Shown here: in pieces, positions 13,545 to 27,653 of the stretch | Layout: each line of letters starts with the position of its first letter | Position numbering within the stretch: position 1 is the first letter of the stretch | NCBI GenBank assembly: GCA_964016885.1 | Contig: OZ024742.1 | Span: forward strand, 95,604,001 to 95,668,000 | Reading direction: 5' to 3' | DNA: 64,000 nt | Origin: Eledone cirrhosa | Lineage: Eukaryota | Notes under the pieces: model-generated | What the model saw: the letters and a program-made list of their open reading frames with translations, nothing else | What the model was told of the DNA's origin: nothing | Databases searched by the model: none | Position numbers and translations under genes: made by a program

Positions 13545-14080
13545 TGTATATATACATATATATATGGTGCGGTACCCCAGCATGACCTCAGCCAGATAGC
13601 TGGAACGGGTAAAAGAGTAAAAGAGTAATGTGGAAAGTGATATATGTAATAAGGCTATATGTATAAGATTATATGTAGACTCAAACCCCAACAAATCAAT
13701 AACAGTATGGAACTCATCACACAATACTTGACATGAAAGGACACACACACAAGCACATACATGCAATTTACACAAGAAAAGTGATTCCATGAAATATTAC
13801 ATATGCAGTTGATGTTATCCTGCTGCTTCTACTGAATACTAAAGCAAATATCAAACAATGCTTGAAAGCAGTTTATAAATGTTAAATGTAAATCTAATTT
13901 CAAGGAAAAGAGACCAGAATAATTCTTCTCTGAAAGCTCCTTAAACTTTGACGATGGGAATTTTAAGTCCCAAAATATTAGGACGAAAGAAACAAAACAA
14001 AATAAATAAAACAATGTTGCATCGGGTTTAGCCTTATTCCATATTATGTATTATATACAATGCTTCAAGCAAACTATAAC

Positions 14081-14128
<48 letters not shown>

Positions 14129-14131
<3 letters not shown>

Positions 14132-15721
14132 TGCCTCGCAAAAGTTTACAACACATTAGGAAAAATGCGGTTTTAGGTATTTTTAATAAAGTTAGGGTAA
14201 TGATAATTTAACTACTGATAGAACATATAATGAGGCATTTAATGATACAATCATATTTTTTTTAAATAACAAGGAAATAACTAATGAAGAAAAATCAATA
14301 TTTTTATAACGCAAAAGTTTACAACACATTTTATATTTATCGCTTTTTTTCAAGAAAATACTTAAAATTTCAGATTTAAAATTCAGTAGACTGTTCTAGA
14401 TTAGGTTTAAGGTAACGTCTAAGGACTATTAAAAACATTACGTCATTATTCGTCTGACAACCATCCTGTAAACATTGACAATATGGGGAAAAATAAACTG
14501 ATTGACCAAGACCTCCGTAAACGCATTGTAGACGTTCATACAAATGGTGTTGGTTATTGAAAGATATCTTGTCAGTTAAATGTGCGATTGAGTTCAGTTG
14601 GTACTATAATTCGTCACTGGAAATCACATCATTCCATCTGTCCTCTAATTAGTTCTGGTCGTCCTAGAAAGATAACGGGATGTGCAGCTCGGTTATTGAC
14701 GAGAAAGGTTGGCAACGAACTCCCGGTGTACTCTTAAAAATCTTCAGCATGACCTAGAAGGAAGTGTGGTAAAAGTGAGCACAGATACAATTACTCGTTC
14801 ACTTCGTCGATATGATATCTTCTCGAAGTCTCCAAGGAAAACACAACTTCTTACGAGGAAACACGTTCTTCGTCGATTAAACTTTGCAAATGAACATCTC
14901 ATCAAACTTGCGTCATTTTGGGAAGATGTACTTTGGTCGGACGAAACAAAAATTGAACTTTTTGGTCGAAATGCTGTGGCAAAGGTCTGGAGAAAGAAAG
15001 GTACTGAATATTCGCCGAAGAATACTATTCCAACTGTAAAATTTGGAGGTGGATCAATCATGGTCTGGGGTTTCTTTAGTGCCACAGGTGTAGGAAATAT
15101 TGAAATAATAGAAGGAAGAATGGATGGTGCTTATTATAGAGGTATTTTGCAAAGGGATTTACATCAAAGTGCACATTCTCTCAGCTTAAAGCCAGGTTGG
15201 TTTTTTTCAACAAGGTAACGATCCAAAGCATACTGCAAAGCTAACACAATCTTGGTTAAGAACGAATGGAACAAATGTTCTAAAATGGCCAAGTCAGTCT
15301 CCAGATCTTAACTTGATCGAACATTTGTGGAGAGAACTGAAACTCAGAATTCAAAAAAGGAAACCCCAAAATATCCCTGAACTAAAGAAAATTTGTTGTG
15401 AAGAATAGAAAAATATTAGACAAGAAACATACAAGAGGTTTGTAGGAGGCTACTCCAAACGCCTACAGGCTGTAATTAGCAACAAAGGTCTCGCTACGAA
15501 ATATTAAGAGATGATTTAATAAATGTGTTATAAACTTTTGCGTTATAAAAATATTGATTTTTCTTCAAGAGTTATTTCCTTGTTGTTTTTTTTTAAATAT
15601 GATTGTATCATTAAATGCCTCATTATATGTTCTATCAGTAGTTAAATTTTCATTACCCTAACTTTATTAAAAATACCTAAAACCACATTTTTCCTGTGTT
15701 GTAAACTTTTGCGGGCCACTG
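14129..15721 (+). mobile_element. Tc1 (DD34E) transposon with ~200-bp IR/DR-type TIRs; pseudogenised transposase 14483-15507
   Basis: CAGTG...CACTG ends in (TA)n. Direct repeat CGCAAAAGTTTACAACACATT twice per TIR. Motifs [43 protein letters not shown], with stops and frameshifts. Confidence 0.95.
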
Positions 15722-15726
15722 TATAT

Positions 15727-15788
<62 letters not shown>

Positions 15789-15809
15789 GTATGTGTGTGT
15801 AAATATATA

Positions 15810-15865
<56 letters not shown>

Positions 15866-15970
15866 CATATATATACATATATATCTAGGAGGTCAGTTTT
15901 ATTGTAGCACAATGAAGCAATGCAAATATCGGATAAGTAGCACTCTACAGTTTGTAGGACTGGAGTATAA

Positions 15971-16266
15971 ATAATATAAGATCAAAAGATGGTTAAAAGA
16001 GTTTCAACTATTTTATTATGCGCATTTCAAAAACAAATATCATCATGATATAAAGCTTAAAAAACACTTGTGAATAGTAAAGTTTTAAATCAACATATCA
16101 ACACATGTTGATTTAAAACTTCACTATTCACAAGTGTTTTTTAAGCTTCATATCATATCTCCCTATTTTATCTGATGAAAATGCAGATATCATCCCATGA
16201 TCATATTTGTTTTTGAAATGCGCATGATAAAATAACTCTTTTAACCATCTTTTGATCTTATATTAT
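15971..16266. mobile_element. Fold-back remnant carrying a minimal hammerhead (family B)
   Basis: Inverted arms 15971-16097 / 16106-16266. The right arm has the full HHR motif. Confidence 0.75.
16164..16234 (+). ncRNA. Minimal hammerhead, likely inactive copy (G at position 17)
   Basis: tattttat-CTGATGA-aaa...tttt-GAAA-tgcgca-T-G-ataaaata. The left arm reads T-A at the same site. Confidence 0.7.
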
Positions 16267-18273
16267 ACATATATATATACATATAATAAACGTAGACAAA
16301 TTAACAAAATAAAGACAGTGAATGAAAATAAGGCAAAACGAAAAAAATTATTTGAAAGAGAAATCTTGACATTTTTTTTTAAAAGTAAATACAAACAAAA
16401 AAACAGAATTCTAAGTTCTACAGTCGTTGAGGACTTCTAGCAGTTTCAACCCTTATCGACAGTACTGCTGTTACACCTGAGGTCTCAATGTCTGACACTA
16501 ACCAAAGTACTTTCTGTGGAGTAAGAGACTAGACAAAACAATAACTTATAGCAATTAAGCTATATCATGTACACAGAATTTTATTTGACTACTGGGAAAA
16601 GGTATTGTGCTTTTTATAGTTTGAGACTAAAACAAAGGAAAAGAACAGAAAGAAAAAAGCAAGAAGAAAGTAAGATATAATGATAAACATGTAACCATTG
16701 GAATTATTGGAAGGAGAAGAGTGAACACGTTTGTCACAGATTAGTAATAATAAACTTAGGAAAATTAACAAAAAAAAGACAACAAACGAAAATAAGGTGA
16801 AACGAATAAAAAATGTTTTAAGGGGAAACCTTGAAAATGTTTTTTTAGATAAAAAAGATATTACATGTAAACAGGAATTAAGTCATCATAAATAAACTTT
16901 ATTGCATATAAAAATTGTTTCGACATTGATCAGCTCGGGCTTCGAACATAATGATCTGCATCGACATCACAACACATGAAAGAGAAAAATTTTTTTTCAT
17001 TGATACATGCATTGCTTTCTACATATATATATCTCTCGCTCTCTCTCTCTATATATATGTGTGTGTGTATGTGCATGTGTGTTAATGTGTGTATGTATGT
17101 ATTCATGTACATATGTATTTATATTGCCTGGTGATTTTCTTTGGCTATCAACTACATAGATGTATAATGTTTCTTTGTGTTTTTGTTAGGTTGTTTATTT
17201 TTATTTTTACATTTATTTTTAGTAGAGGTTTTGTATTTTTGTATTTTTGTGGTTCTTATATTTTGGCGTTGGCGAAATATTCAAGTGGCTTATCAAAATC
17301 TTGGTGCCAAGTCATTTTTATTTTAGGATTTGCCAAAACTGGAAAAACCATTCTATGAGGATAGAGATTTAATGATCTGAAAAAACCATGGGCCAAAACA
17401 AAGCAGAAGTGGGTGGTGTGGTGGTTATGGAGAGGTGTGGGGAATGGAAGGAAACTCAATTCAAAAGAATTTGAATATGAACAATTTGGCTATGAATTAA
17501 CACGTACCTACGCATGCACATTTCTGTTCAATTATACTCACACAGATGCACTCAGAGACATATGTACTTATACAACACAAACACATACTAATAAACAAGT
17601 CAGTTTTACAAACACAAATGTATGCGCATACCATCATTCACTCTGCCAAGAGTTATACAACAATCATATATACACTAACAGAAAATACAATTATATAACA
17701 TACACATACTTATGTATGACTAAATACACACTAACAGACAATACAGTTTTTTCAACATACATACACAGACGTACTCATACAAACACATGAAATCACACAC
17801 ACCCACATATGCTCAGACAAAGACATATACACTAACACACAGTAGAGTTATACAACACACACAAACAAACACAAAGAAGCAAAATGGAAAACAAATGACA
17901 ATCGAAAAGATAAAAATGTCATGATACAAATTAAATTATACAAATTAAATTATACAAATTATCTCCCCTTCTCCCCTCGAAAAATTTTAATAAAAGCAAG
18001 CAAAGTGGACAGAATATTTGCCAGATCTTTTGAGTTAACTATCCAGATGTAAAAAAATAAGTAGGTAGACAATTGAAGAACTTTGCTTTTTCAAAGTCAT
18101 TCCATGGTTCTTTTCATTTGAAATGATATATGTATGCCAATATATTCTTTCATTTTAAATCAGCCATATTCCTCTCTCTCTGTTTTTATCTTCATTACAT
18201 ACATGCATACAGACATACAGACATACATTCACTCACAGATACATACATGCTTACATAAGGCAGACCTCCCCAC

Positions 18274-18313
<40 letters not shown>

Positions 18314-18744
18314 CTACGTACATACATTCACAAACAGATACATACTTGCCTATACAGAGACATGAACAGACAGACAAGCACATACAGATATATACATGCA
18401 TACTACATACAGACAGGCAGGCAGACAGACAGATACACACTTACACATACACATGGACCACTCAAACAAGGTTTATTTTTCAGACTATTCAGTTCACCAT
18501 GATTTTACTGGTTTTCCTGTTGACGTGTTGAATGAAGATAGTAACTCAACATATGGTTCCTATAGGAAATTGTGTTGGAATATTTTACTTTAACTTTTAA
18601 AATCCCTTACCACATGAAACCATATTAACAAGACATTCTTGAAAGTACAAAGCAACACATTCAACATCGAGTTATTTAGTACTGCAAATTTTCAAAATGA
18701 TATGTCTGCTATTAAAGACACACTAAACATTTGAATTAACATAT

Positions 18745-19050
18745 AAAGTGGTTGTGAAAACACTGTAAATTAGTTGTGATGGTGACATAGTAAAAAACAC
18801 CCAGCCTACACTGTAAAGTGCTCATGTAGGTGTCACAACAAAACGCACCCAGTCCACACTCTAAAGTAATCATACAGGTATCATGACAAAAAGCACCCAG
18901 GAAGGGCATCCAGCTATAGAAACCAAGTCAAAATCAGTTCTGTATGAGCAAGACATGGTCATCTGACCTTAAATTGCCCACAACAGTACAACTCATCTAA
19001 CCCATGCCAGTGTGGAGAAATGGATGTAAAATAACAATGATGTTGATTGT
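18745..19050 (+). mobile_element. RTE-derived 3'UTR/tail fragment
   Basis: AAAAGCACCCAG repeats, GGAAGGGCATCCAGC and AACCCATGC...TGGATGTAAAA, homologous to 27060-27364. Confidence 0.7.
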
Positions 19051-19099
19051 GAATTAAGAAACCTGTGTTTCGATATTTTCTACTATATTATTACAAAAT

Positions 19100-19280
19100 A
19101 TTTGTTTCTACTTTAGGCACAAGGCCAGCAATTACCCAGTTCATTACTGGTACTTTATTTTATCGACCCCGTAAGGATGAAAGGCAAAGTCAACCTTGGC
19201 GGGATTTGAACTCAGATCGTAAAGGGACGTAACTATGCTAAGAAAGCATGGCGTTCGACCCTCTACCGATACTGCCAAAA
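19100..19280 (-). mobile_element. Meta/MESC-core SINE
   Basis: Close reverse complement of 43976-44156. Confidence 0.85.
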
Positions 19281-21264
19281 TATTAAGAGTTATATTGGAA
19301 CCCTTTAATCTATTTGATGCCACATTGCCTGATAAAAAATATTTTAATTTTAAAATCTGTTTATTCATCTAAAAAAAACCTTCCATCATAGTTATATTCC
19401 AAATAAATCGTTAATAATAAAATTATATTACTAAATTCCTCCAAATTCTTGATTATTTTCAGAATTATTTAAAAACTTTAGGCAGCATCATTTGTTAGAA
19501 ATATGGTGGCTTTGTTTCATAGAACTAGAGCTAGCTTTGGCTGTTTTGGCATCAAAATTATATTTACCAAAGCATTGAATTCTAATACCAGTGACATATA
19601 TCACCCCCTTGCCAGTGACCCACTAGCCGTAAGTCATATAATATAACAACGTATCTTTTGATAAACATTTTGGCATGATTCTTTCATATAGTTAGAATTA
19701 ATCATGCATTTTGTATTAAATTTTAATTAGATTCAATTGTAACAAGTTTTCACTGTGAAAATATTTCAATGAAAAGTATGAGCAATATCCCAATACAGAT
19801 GCTAGTCAAATTTGTTTATATAATTCTCAGTAAAATTACTTTTATTCTTTTATTCTTTTCAGTTATTTCATTGCAGCCATACTAGGAATGTTAGTCAATC
19901 ATATCAACCACAATACTTATTCTCTGTCTCTTTTTATTGAATTGCTAAATTAAGGAATATAAACAAACAGTAAACATACATATATGCACACATATACTCA
20001 TACACACACACACACTCATAAACACCCCTGCCCCCACAAACATATATGGATATTATCTTCATCATCGTCATTTTAATGTCTACTTTCCATGCTAGCAAGG
20101 GTTACATGGGTCTATATAGACAAAGTCAGTACTGAAGTGGGGTTACTGATTTTGAAACAGGCCAGAGATCTGCGTCTTGATTATGTACTGTCTTATGATC
20201 TATTGAGTGCACAGGAGAGCTTGCCATGTCTTTGACACAACTGAGGGTTCACCCAACCCTTTGTTTGGCCATATATATTTGGCAGGATTACCACCCTATC
20301 ACTAAAGAATTTACAGCATGTATTTTGGTGGGTTTATCATGTAGGTCATCAAGCACTAGCAATAAAGATAAAGTGAAAACACTATGGCGCGTGTGTTTCG
20401 TTTTATTGGCAATACTGGCAACATAACCATCCCCAAATATAACAATAAATATATATACACATGACCAGATTCCATACAGTCTCCATTTACCAAATTTCAC
20501 CCATAAGACTTGAGGTTATAGTAAAAGGGCTTTGCCCAAGATGCCATGCAGTAGGACTGAACCGAAACACAGTGTTGCAAAGCAACATTTTTAACTACAT
20601 AGACAAGCCTGCACCTATATTCGGGTATTTATTGAATTTTATGGAATATAGAATATGTATTAAAAATAATAATTGTTGCTTTAGGTTGTTGCGGAGAAAA
20701 ACCTCAATTTTAATATATTTTGGTATAAAAAGTTTTAAAGCTATGGAGTGGCATTTCATATATATTGTGATATACGATTGAAATTTTAAAAAAATTGTAC
20801 ATTTAGAGAGTGTCCTTTCATATAAATTAATACAGAAAAACTTCAGTGAAGAGCTGTGAACTGGTTTTTCATATATTGTAATAAGAAATGTCTGATAGGC
20901 TGTGGAATTGGTAGAAATAATAGAATGACAAATTAAATACTAAATTTTGTTTTGTTACCTAACTTTCTGAGTTTAAATTTTGGTGAAGTCAGCTTTCTCT
21001 TTCTTTCCTTCAAGGTTTTAATAAAATAACAGCAGCCAACTGTAGAAAGTTTGCCAAACAAATGGTTAGGATGATGCTCAGTTGTGTCAAAGACATGACC
21101 ACTTCTCCTGTGCATTCAATAGAATGTGAGATATATAAGCAAGGTGCAAATCCATCTCCTGTCTGGGAGATCAGTAACCTCACTTCAATACTGACTTGGT
21201 CTCTACAGATCCATCCATTGCTTATGACATTGATTGTTTCAATTCTTCCCTGGGATAAATAAGG

Positions 21265-21600
21265 AAGTGGCTGAACACTCTACAAGCATTTAAAATAATG
21301 GGAAGATTTCACATGAAGCAGTGTGAGACAAGGCTGATCCTTTGAATTACAGTTCATCTTATATCATATTCTAAGTGGCTGAGCATTCCACAGATATTTC
21401 TACTCTTAATGTAATTCACAGGAAGATTCCACATGACACAGTGTGTCTTCAGGATGTCTATTTGAATAACAGGTGCAGTTCATCTTGTATCATATGTAAG
21501 TGGCTGAGCATTCCACAGACATGTTTAATGTAATTCTTAGGGAGACAGCATGACACAACGCGTAGCAAGGCTGGCCCTTTGAATTACAGGCATATTTCAT
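21265..21600 (+). repeat. Three diverged tandem copies of a ~105-125-bp hairpin-forming repeat (another copy at ~466-570)
   Basis: GTGGCTGAGCATTCCACAG...TGTAATTC...TTTGAATTACAG repeated. Confidence 0.8.
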
Positions 21601-22380
21601 TTGACAAACTTCAAAAGATTTTCTGTCTATCAACTTTCACTCAGAAGGATTGGGTTAACTCAAAGGTATGTTAACATGGAAAGGAATGTGGCCATAAAAA
21701 ATTGCCCCAAAAAGGACCTCATGATAATTGTGAAACTGGTCAAGGATTTTGTAAGGATAAATCCTGCTTTAGCATGGAAAATATCCTTAATCCATTTGTT
21801 ACCATATTTCTTATAAATGACACTACCTCTAAATCTCAAATAATTTTGAAAATGATAGAGAATTTGAAGGATTTAGTAAATTAACAAACTAAGCTGGTGT
21901 GTGGAGTGTAGCACAACAAACATTCATCATCATCACCATATTCATTTAATGCCTGTTTTTCTACACTTGTATTAGTTGGATGGGTCCTTCTCAGTACAGC
22001 ATCTATTCACTTGCCATGTTCCATCGTCATCTCCTCTGTGAGTTTCAGCTATTTGAGGGCAGCTCTCACCAACACTGCTCAGGTCTTACTTGGTCTGCCT
22101 CTACACAGCTTCCTTCCATTATCCTGTCAATTCTTCATCATTTACATATAAAATTATCATGGGCTGTTTTTACATAAATATAGGCATTTTAAAAGGAAAT
22201 AATTTTCTATTGTAGGACTGGGATGATTAAAATACTTGTATTGCATATTATTTAAAATACCAAAATGTCTTTGTGTAACTATTTGTTCAAATAGGAATAA
22301 ATCATTTTTGATCAATTTTTATCCAAATTGAGAGCTCCCCTTTCATATCACCTTATATACATACATATATATATATATAC

Positions 22381-22545
22381 AGAAGGGATATTTAATTTGT
22401 TGGTAATTCAACAAATATAAATGTTTATAACTGATTCTGGAGTAAATATTCAATGATATTAAAAGTGCACCAAAGTTTTTGGTACCCTTCAAATATATAA
22501 TAGAATAAATATGGTTTTATAAATATAGTTTCCATTTATTTACAT
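22381..22545. mobile_element. Small remnant of the Naiad-type PLE 3' end
   Basis: Left part resembles 39273-39350 and right part matches 44583-44635. Confidence 0.6.
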
Positions 22546-22554
22546 ATATATATA

Positions 22555-23639
22555 CAAAGTGCGAACGATATTTGTTCGCAAGATTACTGTCTAGGAAAAA
22601 ATAACATAGTAGTTTTATTTTTTAATATATATTTATCAAATTTGGGTCAGTTTGTATTCATGACTGATTCTTTCGATCTCACTCGACAAACCCGCCATTG
22701 GCTTTGATGACGGCCACAAGGCACCTCGGAACTGGCTACAGGCCTTCGTCACTTTCCCCAACTTAGGCCCCTAAAGGCACTTGCGATTCTGGCCTTCAGA
22801 TCATCATTCGTATTGCAGCTAGATCTGTTGGTGTCTCGTTCCACTGCGCCCCACACAAAGAAGTTGAGGGGGTTACAGTCAGGCGAGCTGGGAGGCCATA
22901 TGTCAGGTGAAGTGTGGTCGACAAGTTCTCTGACAGCCAGGCTTGGGTCTTTCGGCTGGTATGGCAGGGCGCTGAGTCTTGCTGCCACACGTACGGCCTA
23001 CCTGCAGCTACCTGGTCGATCCAGGGCTTTACTACCTTGCTCAGAACGCGGATGAAGCCATCGGTGTTCAGCTAAAGGCCCTCAGGAAAGAAGTGAGATG
23101 GCATGACGTCACCTTGACTGCTGACGACACCTGAGACCAATGTTGTCGCTGGAAAATTTGTCTGCATGATTCTGGACACGTCTTTGGATGAGACCGGGAG
23201 ACACCTGTTGTTCTGGCAGTTGATCTTCTGGTGTTGGCAGAAGTTTTTCTTGTCGGAGAAAAACCACAGCATGTCTGGCTCCAGTGAGTGTTTCAACTTG
23301 TTGATCAGCTTCTTTGCGTGCTTCAGTCACATTTCTCGCATTATGTTGCTTCGTAGTCGAATCCAGAATCTTCCACTTCCTTTTGACCTTTTCCACCATA
23401 CTCCTGCTGATGCTGAGAAAGTCTGAAATTTCCTTATTGGTCCTCCCGGCGGGGATTCCAAGAAGAACTCCGTGTCTCTTCCATAAATTTGGAGTTTCAA
23501 CATTATTCATAATCAATTATTCTGAAAATAAATAATGGAAATATAGTCACTGTTTTTATGAAGACAAGAGTGACAACGTAAGTAAAAAATTTTGCATAAG
23601 ATTGGCAATTGAAAATTGCGAACAAATATCGTCCGCACC

Positions 23640-23642
<3 letters not shown>
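22555..23642 (-). mobile_element. Second DD37D maT copy, internally deleted
   Basis: Same TIRs and transposase motifs as 12306-13544, with a deletion near 23330. Confidence 0.92.
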
Positions 23643-23684
<42 letters not shown>

Positions 23685-23687
<3 letters not shown>

Positions 23688-25390
23688 CGATCCAATAGAG
23701 GGACCAGCAGTGCTAGTTGAAGGTAGTATAATAAAGATATGAAGACGGGCAAAGCGGCTTGGCCTTCGGAAATAGTTGCTGAAATGCTGAAAGCATCTGG
23801 AACGGTGAGACACATTATGGTCACCCGGATAGTAAACCAAGTTATACAGAATGGGGTTGTACCAAAGGACTAGCGTAGCAGCATCATCATTAACTGCTAC
23901 AGGGGTAAAGGAGATGCCGTAGATAGGGGAAACTATAGAGGCATTAAATTAATTTACCAGGTCATGAAGGTCACAGAAAAAGTAATAACGCAACTAATTA
24001 GAGAGCGAATTGATCTAGATGAGATGCAGTTCGGGTCTGTGTCAGGTAAAAGTACCACAGACGCTCTTTTCATTGTACGAAAACTACAGGAGAAGTACCT
24101 AGCTAAAAGTAAACCCCACTACTTAGCTTTTGTAGAATTGGAGAAAGCCTTTGACAGAGTCCCCCGCTCCATTATCTGGTGGGCTCTTAGAAAACTAGAT
24201 GTTGATGAATGGCTTGTGAGAGCTATACAGCCTTGTATAATGAAACAGTCAGCAAGGTTAGAATGAACAACGAATATAGTGAAGAGTTTAGCATAAAACT
24301 TGGTGTTCATCGGGGCCCCGTACTTAGCCCCCTACTATTTATTATCGCCCTCCAAGCTATAACAGAGGAGTTCAAGACCGACTGCCCATGAGAACTTCTA
24401 TACACAGATGATCTAACGTTCATAGCCGAATCAATCGCTGAGCTAGAGAAGAAATTCCAAACATGGAAGCATGGCCTAGAATAAAAAGCACTTAAAGTTA
24501 ACTTGTATAAGACTAAAGTCCTAATATGTAGAAAGGAGAATAGGGCACTGGTCTCATCAGGGAAATGGCCATGCTCAGTGTGTAGGAAAGGAGTAGGCAG
24601 AAACTCCATTTCATGTCCCAAATGCAAAGTATGGGTGCATAAAAGATGTAGTGGGATCACAGGTAAGCTAACTAAGAATATAGATTTTATATGTGGCCGG
24701 TGCTCAGGTGCAATAAGTAGCAGCAAGTGCCCACAGAATACTAGCGCATCCCATTGCACAGATGGTTCTATAGAAATAGTGGAGACATTCCGTTACCTGG
24801 GTGACAAAATCAGCAGTGGTGGAGGGTGCTCTGAAAGTTGAGTAGCTAGAGTCAGAACTGGATGGAAAAAGTTCAGTGAGGTTATACCACTATTGGCCGC
24901 TAAAGGGTTCTCTCTAAAAATGGAAGGTAGGCTGTATAATGCCTGCATACGAACAACAATGTTACATGGGAGTGAGACTTGGGCATTGTGTGCAGAGGAT
25001 ATATGCAGACTGGAGAGGAACGAAGCCTGCATGCTCCGTTGTATGTGTAATAGTAATATACGTGAATGGCAAAGCATAAACGAACTAAGGGAGAAATTAG
25101 GAATAAGAGGAATCAGATGTTGTTTACTCGAGAGAAGACTACGTTGGTATGGTTACGTGATGCGCATGAAAGACGATAGCTGTATAAAAATGTGCAGGGC
25201 GATCAAAATAGACGGTAGCCATGGAGTAGGCAGACCCAGAAAAACCTGGGACGACTTGATCAATTCCAACCTCACACACTTGCACCTCTCCAAGAGAATG
25301 TCACTGGACCGAGATCTTTGGCGCTACACAGTAATACAGAAAACCCGCCTTGCCTAAGTACAAAGCGAAACCTACAGTCAGTAGGCACCT
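23685..25390 (+). mobile_element. RTE-clade LINE, 5'-truncated, degenerate RT with PHD-like insert
   Basis: AFVELEKAFDRVP, GVHRGPVLSPLLF, YTDD (24401-24412), FRYLG, MLHGSETW, RRLRWYG, GRPRKTW. Confidence 0.9.
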
Positions 25391-25602
25391 GGACATGCTC
25401 ACCGACATCCAGAGTTGACATTTCACTCAATGCTCCTGTGGGAGACCCTACATGGACACACTGGAAGAGGAAGACCAAGGTTAACGTACGTTGAGCCCTA
25501 AGGACAGACACTGGTCTGTTGGAGACGCAGGACATGGCAGCGATAATGAGGGACAGAGACCGCTGGAGAGAACTCATCCATGGATCTCGGGAATTTTACC
25601 GG

Positions 25603-25606
<4 letters not shown>
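25391..25606 (+). mobile_element. 3' end of a different RTE family, running directly into (TA)n
   Basis: Degenerate LLWEP..G....GRPRLTYV...DTG and [11 protein letters not shown]. Related to 62890-63395. Confidence 0.6.
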
Positions 25607-25680
<74 letters not shown>

Positions 25681-25738
25681 ATATATATATATGTATACAT
25701 ATATATATATATGTATACATATATATATATATATGTAT

Positions 25739-26401
25739 ATGGAAGCATGGCATAGAATCAAAAGGCCTTAAAATTAACCTGTCTAAGATTAAAGTTCTAG
25801 ATTGTATGAAGGAAAATAGGGTACTGGTCCCATCAGGGAATTGGCCATGCTCAGTGTGTAGGAAAGGAGTTGGCAGATACTCCATTTTATGTCCCAAATG
25901 CAAAGTATGGGTGCATAAAAGATGTAGTGGGATCACAGGTAAGCTAACTAAGAATATAGATTGTATATGTGGCCGGTGCTCTGGTGCAATAAGTAGCAGC
26001 AAATGCCCACAGAAATACTAGCTCATTCCATTGCCCAGATGGTTCTATAGAAATAGTGGACACCTTCTTTTACCTGGGTGACAAAATCAGCAGTGCTGGA
26101 GGGTGCTCCGAAAGTACAGTAGCCAGAGTCAGAACGGGAAGGAAAAAGTTCAGTGAGGTTATATCACTATTGGCCGCTAAAGGTTTCTCTCTAAAAATAA
26201 AAGGCAGGCTGTATGATGCCTGCATACGAACAGCGATGTTACATGGCAGTGAGACATGGGCCTTGTGTGCAGAGGATCTATGCAGACTGGAGAGGAACGA
26301 AGCTTGCATGCTCCGTTGGATGAGTAATAGTAATATACGCGAACGGCAAAGCATAAATGAACTAAGTGAGAAATTAGGAATAAGAGGAATCAGATGCTGT
26401 A
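25739..26401 (+). mobile_element. RTE internal fragment (PHD-insert family)
   Basis: Homologous to 24462-25122. Confidence 0.88.
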
Positions 26402-26448
26402 ATTTCATAATATTTTATATGATATTATGGATGTATTATTATAATTGT

Positions 26449-26492
<44 letters not shown>

Positions 26493-26556
26493 TACCCATT
26501 TTACGTCCGTTCTTCCACGCTAGCATGGGTTAGACGGCATATATATATATATATAT

Positions 26557-27364
26557 ATGAACAGCGATGTTACATGGCAGTGAAACATGGACAGTGTGTG
26601 CAAAGGATCTACGTAGACTGGAGAGGAACGAAGCTTGCATGCTCCGTTGGATGTGTAATATTAATATATGTGAACGGCAAAGCATAAATGAACTAAGTGA
26701 GAAATTAGGAATAAGAGGGATCAGATGCTGTTTAGTCGAGAGGAGACCTCGCTGGTATGGTCACGTGAGGCGCATGAAAGATGACGGCTGTATAAAAAAG
26801 TGCAGGGCGATCAAAATAGACGGTAGCTACGAAGTAGGCAGACCCAGAAAAACCTGGGACGACTTGTTAAATTCGACCTCACACACTTACACCTCTCCAA
26901 GACAATGTCACTGGACCGAGATCTTTGGCGCTACGCAGTAATACAGAAGACCCGCCTTACCTAGGTACAAAGCGTAACCTACAGTCAGTAGGCACCTCTT
27001 AACCGAAATACACCCCCGTCCCACTACCCCTACCCCACCCCCATCTACACCACCCCTTTCGATGTAAAGCTATGTTGGTACCACAAAATCCACTCCTAAA
27101 TAAATGAGGTCGTGTAGGTGTCACGGCAAAAAACACACACTCCACGCTGTAATGTGGTCGTGTAGGTAACACGGTAAAAACCTCCCAGTCCACACTGTAA
27201 ACGTGGTTGGTGTTAGGAAGGGCATCCAGCCATAGAAAACCCGCCAGACAGTCCTGAGCAAGACAACCAATCTTGCCTCAAGTGGGACAATTCCCGTCTA
27301 GACCCATGCTAGCTAGCATGGAAAATGGACGTTAAACGATGATGATGATGATGATGATGATGAT
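26557..27364 (+). mobile_element. RTE 3' fragment with full 3'UTR and (GAT)n tail
   Basis: MLHGSETW...GRPRKTWDD, then a UTR ending GCATGGAAAATGGACGTTAAAC(GAT)n. Confidence 0.9.
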
Positions 27365-27610
27365 ATATATATATATATAAATGTAAGTATGTATGTATAC
27401 GTACATACATATATGTATACAGACGTACAGTAGCATGCATATATATATATATATATATATACAGGTACACATATATATATGTACGTATCAATTTAGCGAA
27501 CGTTTATTATAACGCTCGCTTTGTCCGTTTGTAAACAAGCGAACAGCCTGATTTATGCCATACGCTGTTAAGGCAACCACGTCACCTTTTTGTTCAACAC
27601 TGACACAGGA

Positions 27611-27653
27611 ACGATGTACTAGTTTCAAGCTTGTTAGCTATCATCAGCACCGT
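27611..27653 (-). ncRNA. Minimal hammerhead ribozyme (family A2)
   Basis: Minus strand: acggtg-CTGATGA-tagctaacaagctt-GAAA-ctag-T-A-catcgt. Confidence 0.85.

Noticed and set aside
18484-18730. Possible host exon after TTTTTCAG (also the 9300-9700 unique stretch)
   Set aside because: Short frames with stops and no recognisable domain. Needs RNA-seq or BLASTX.
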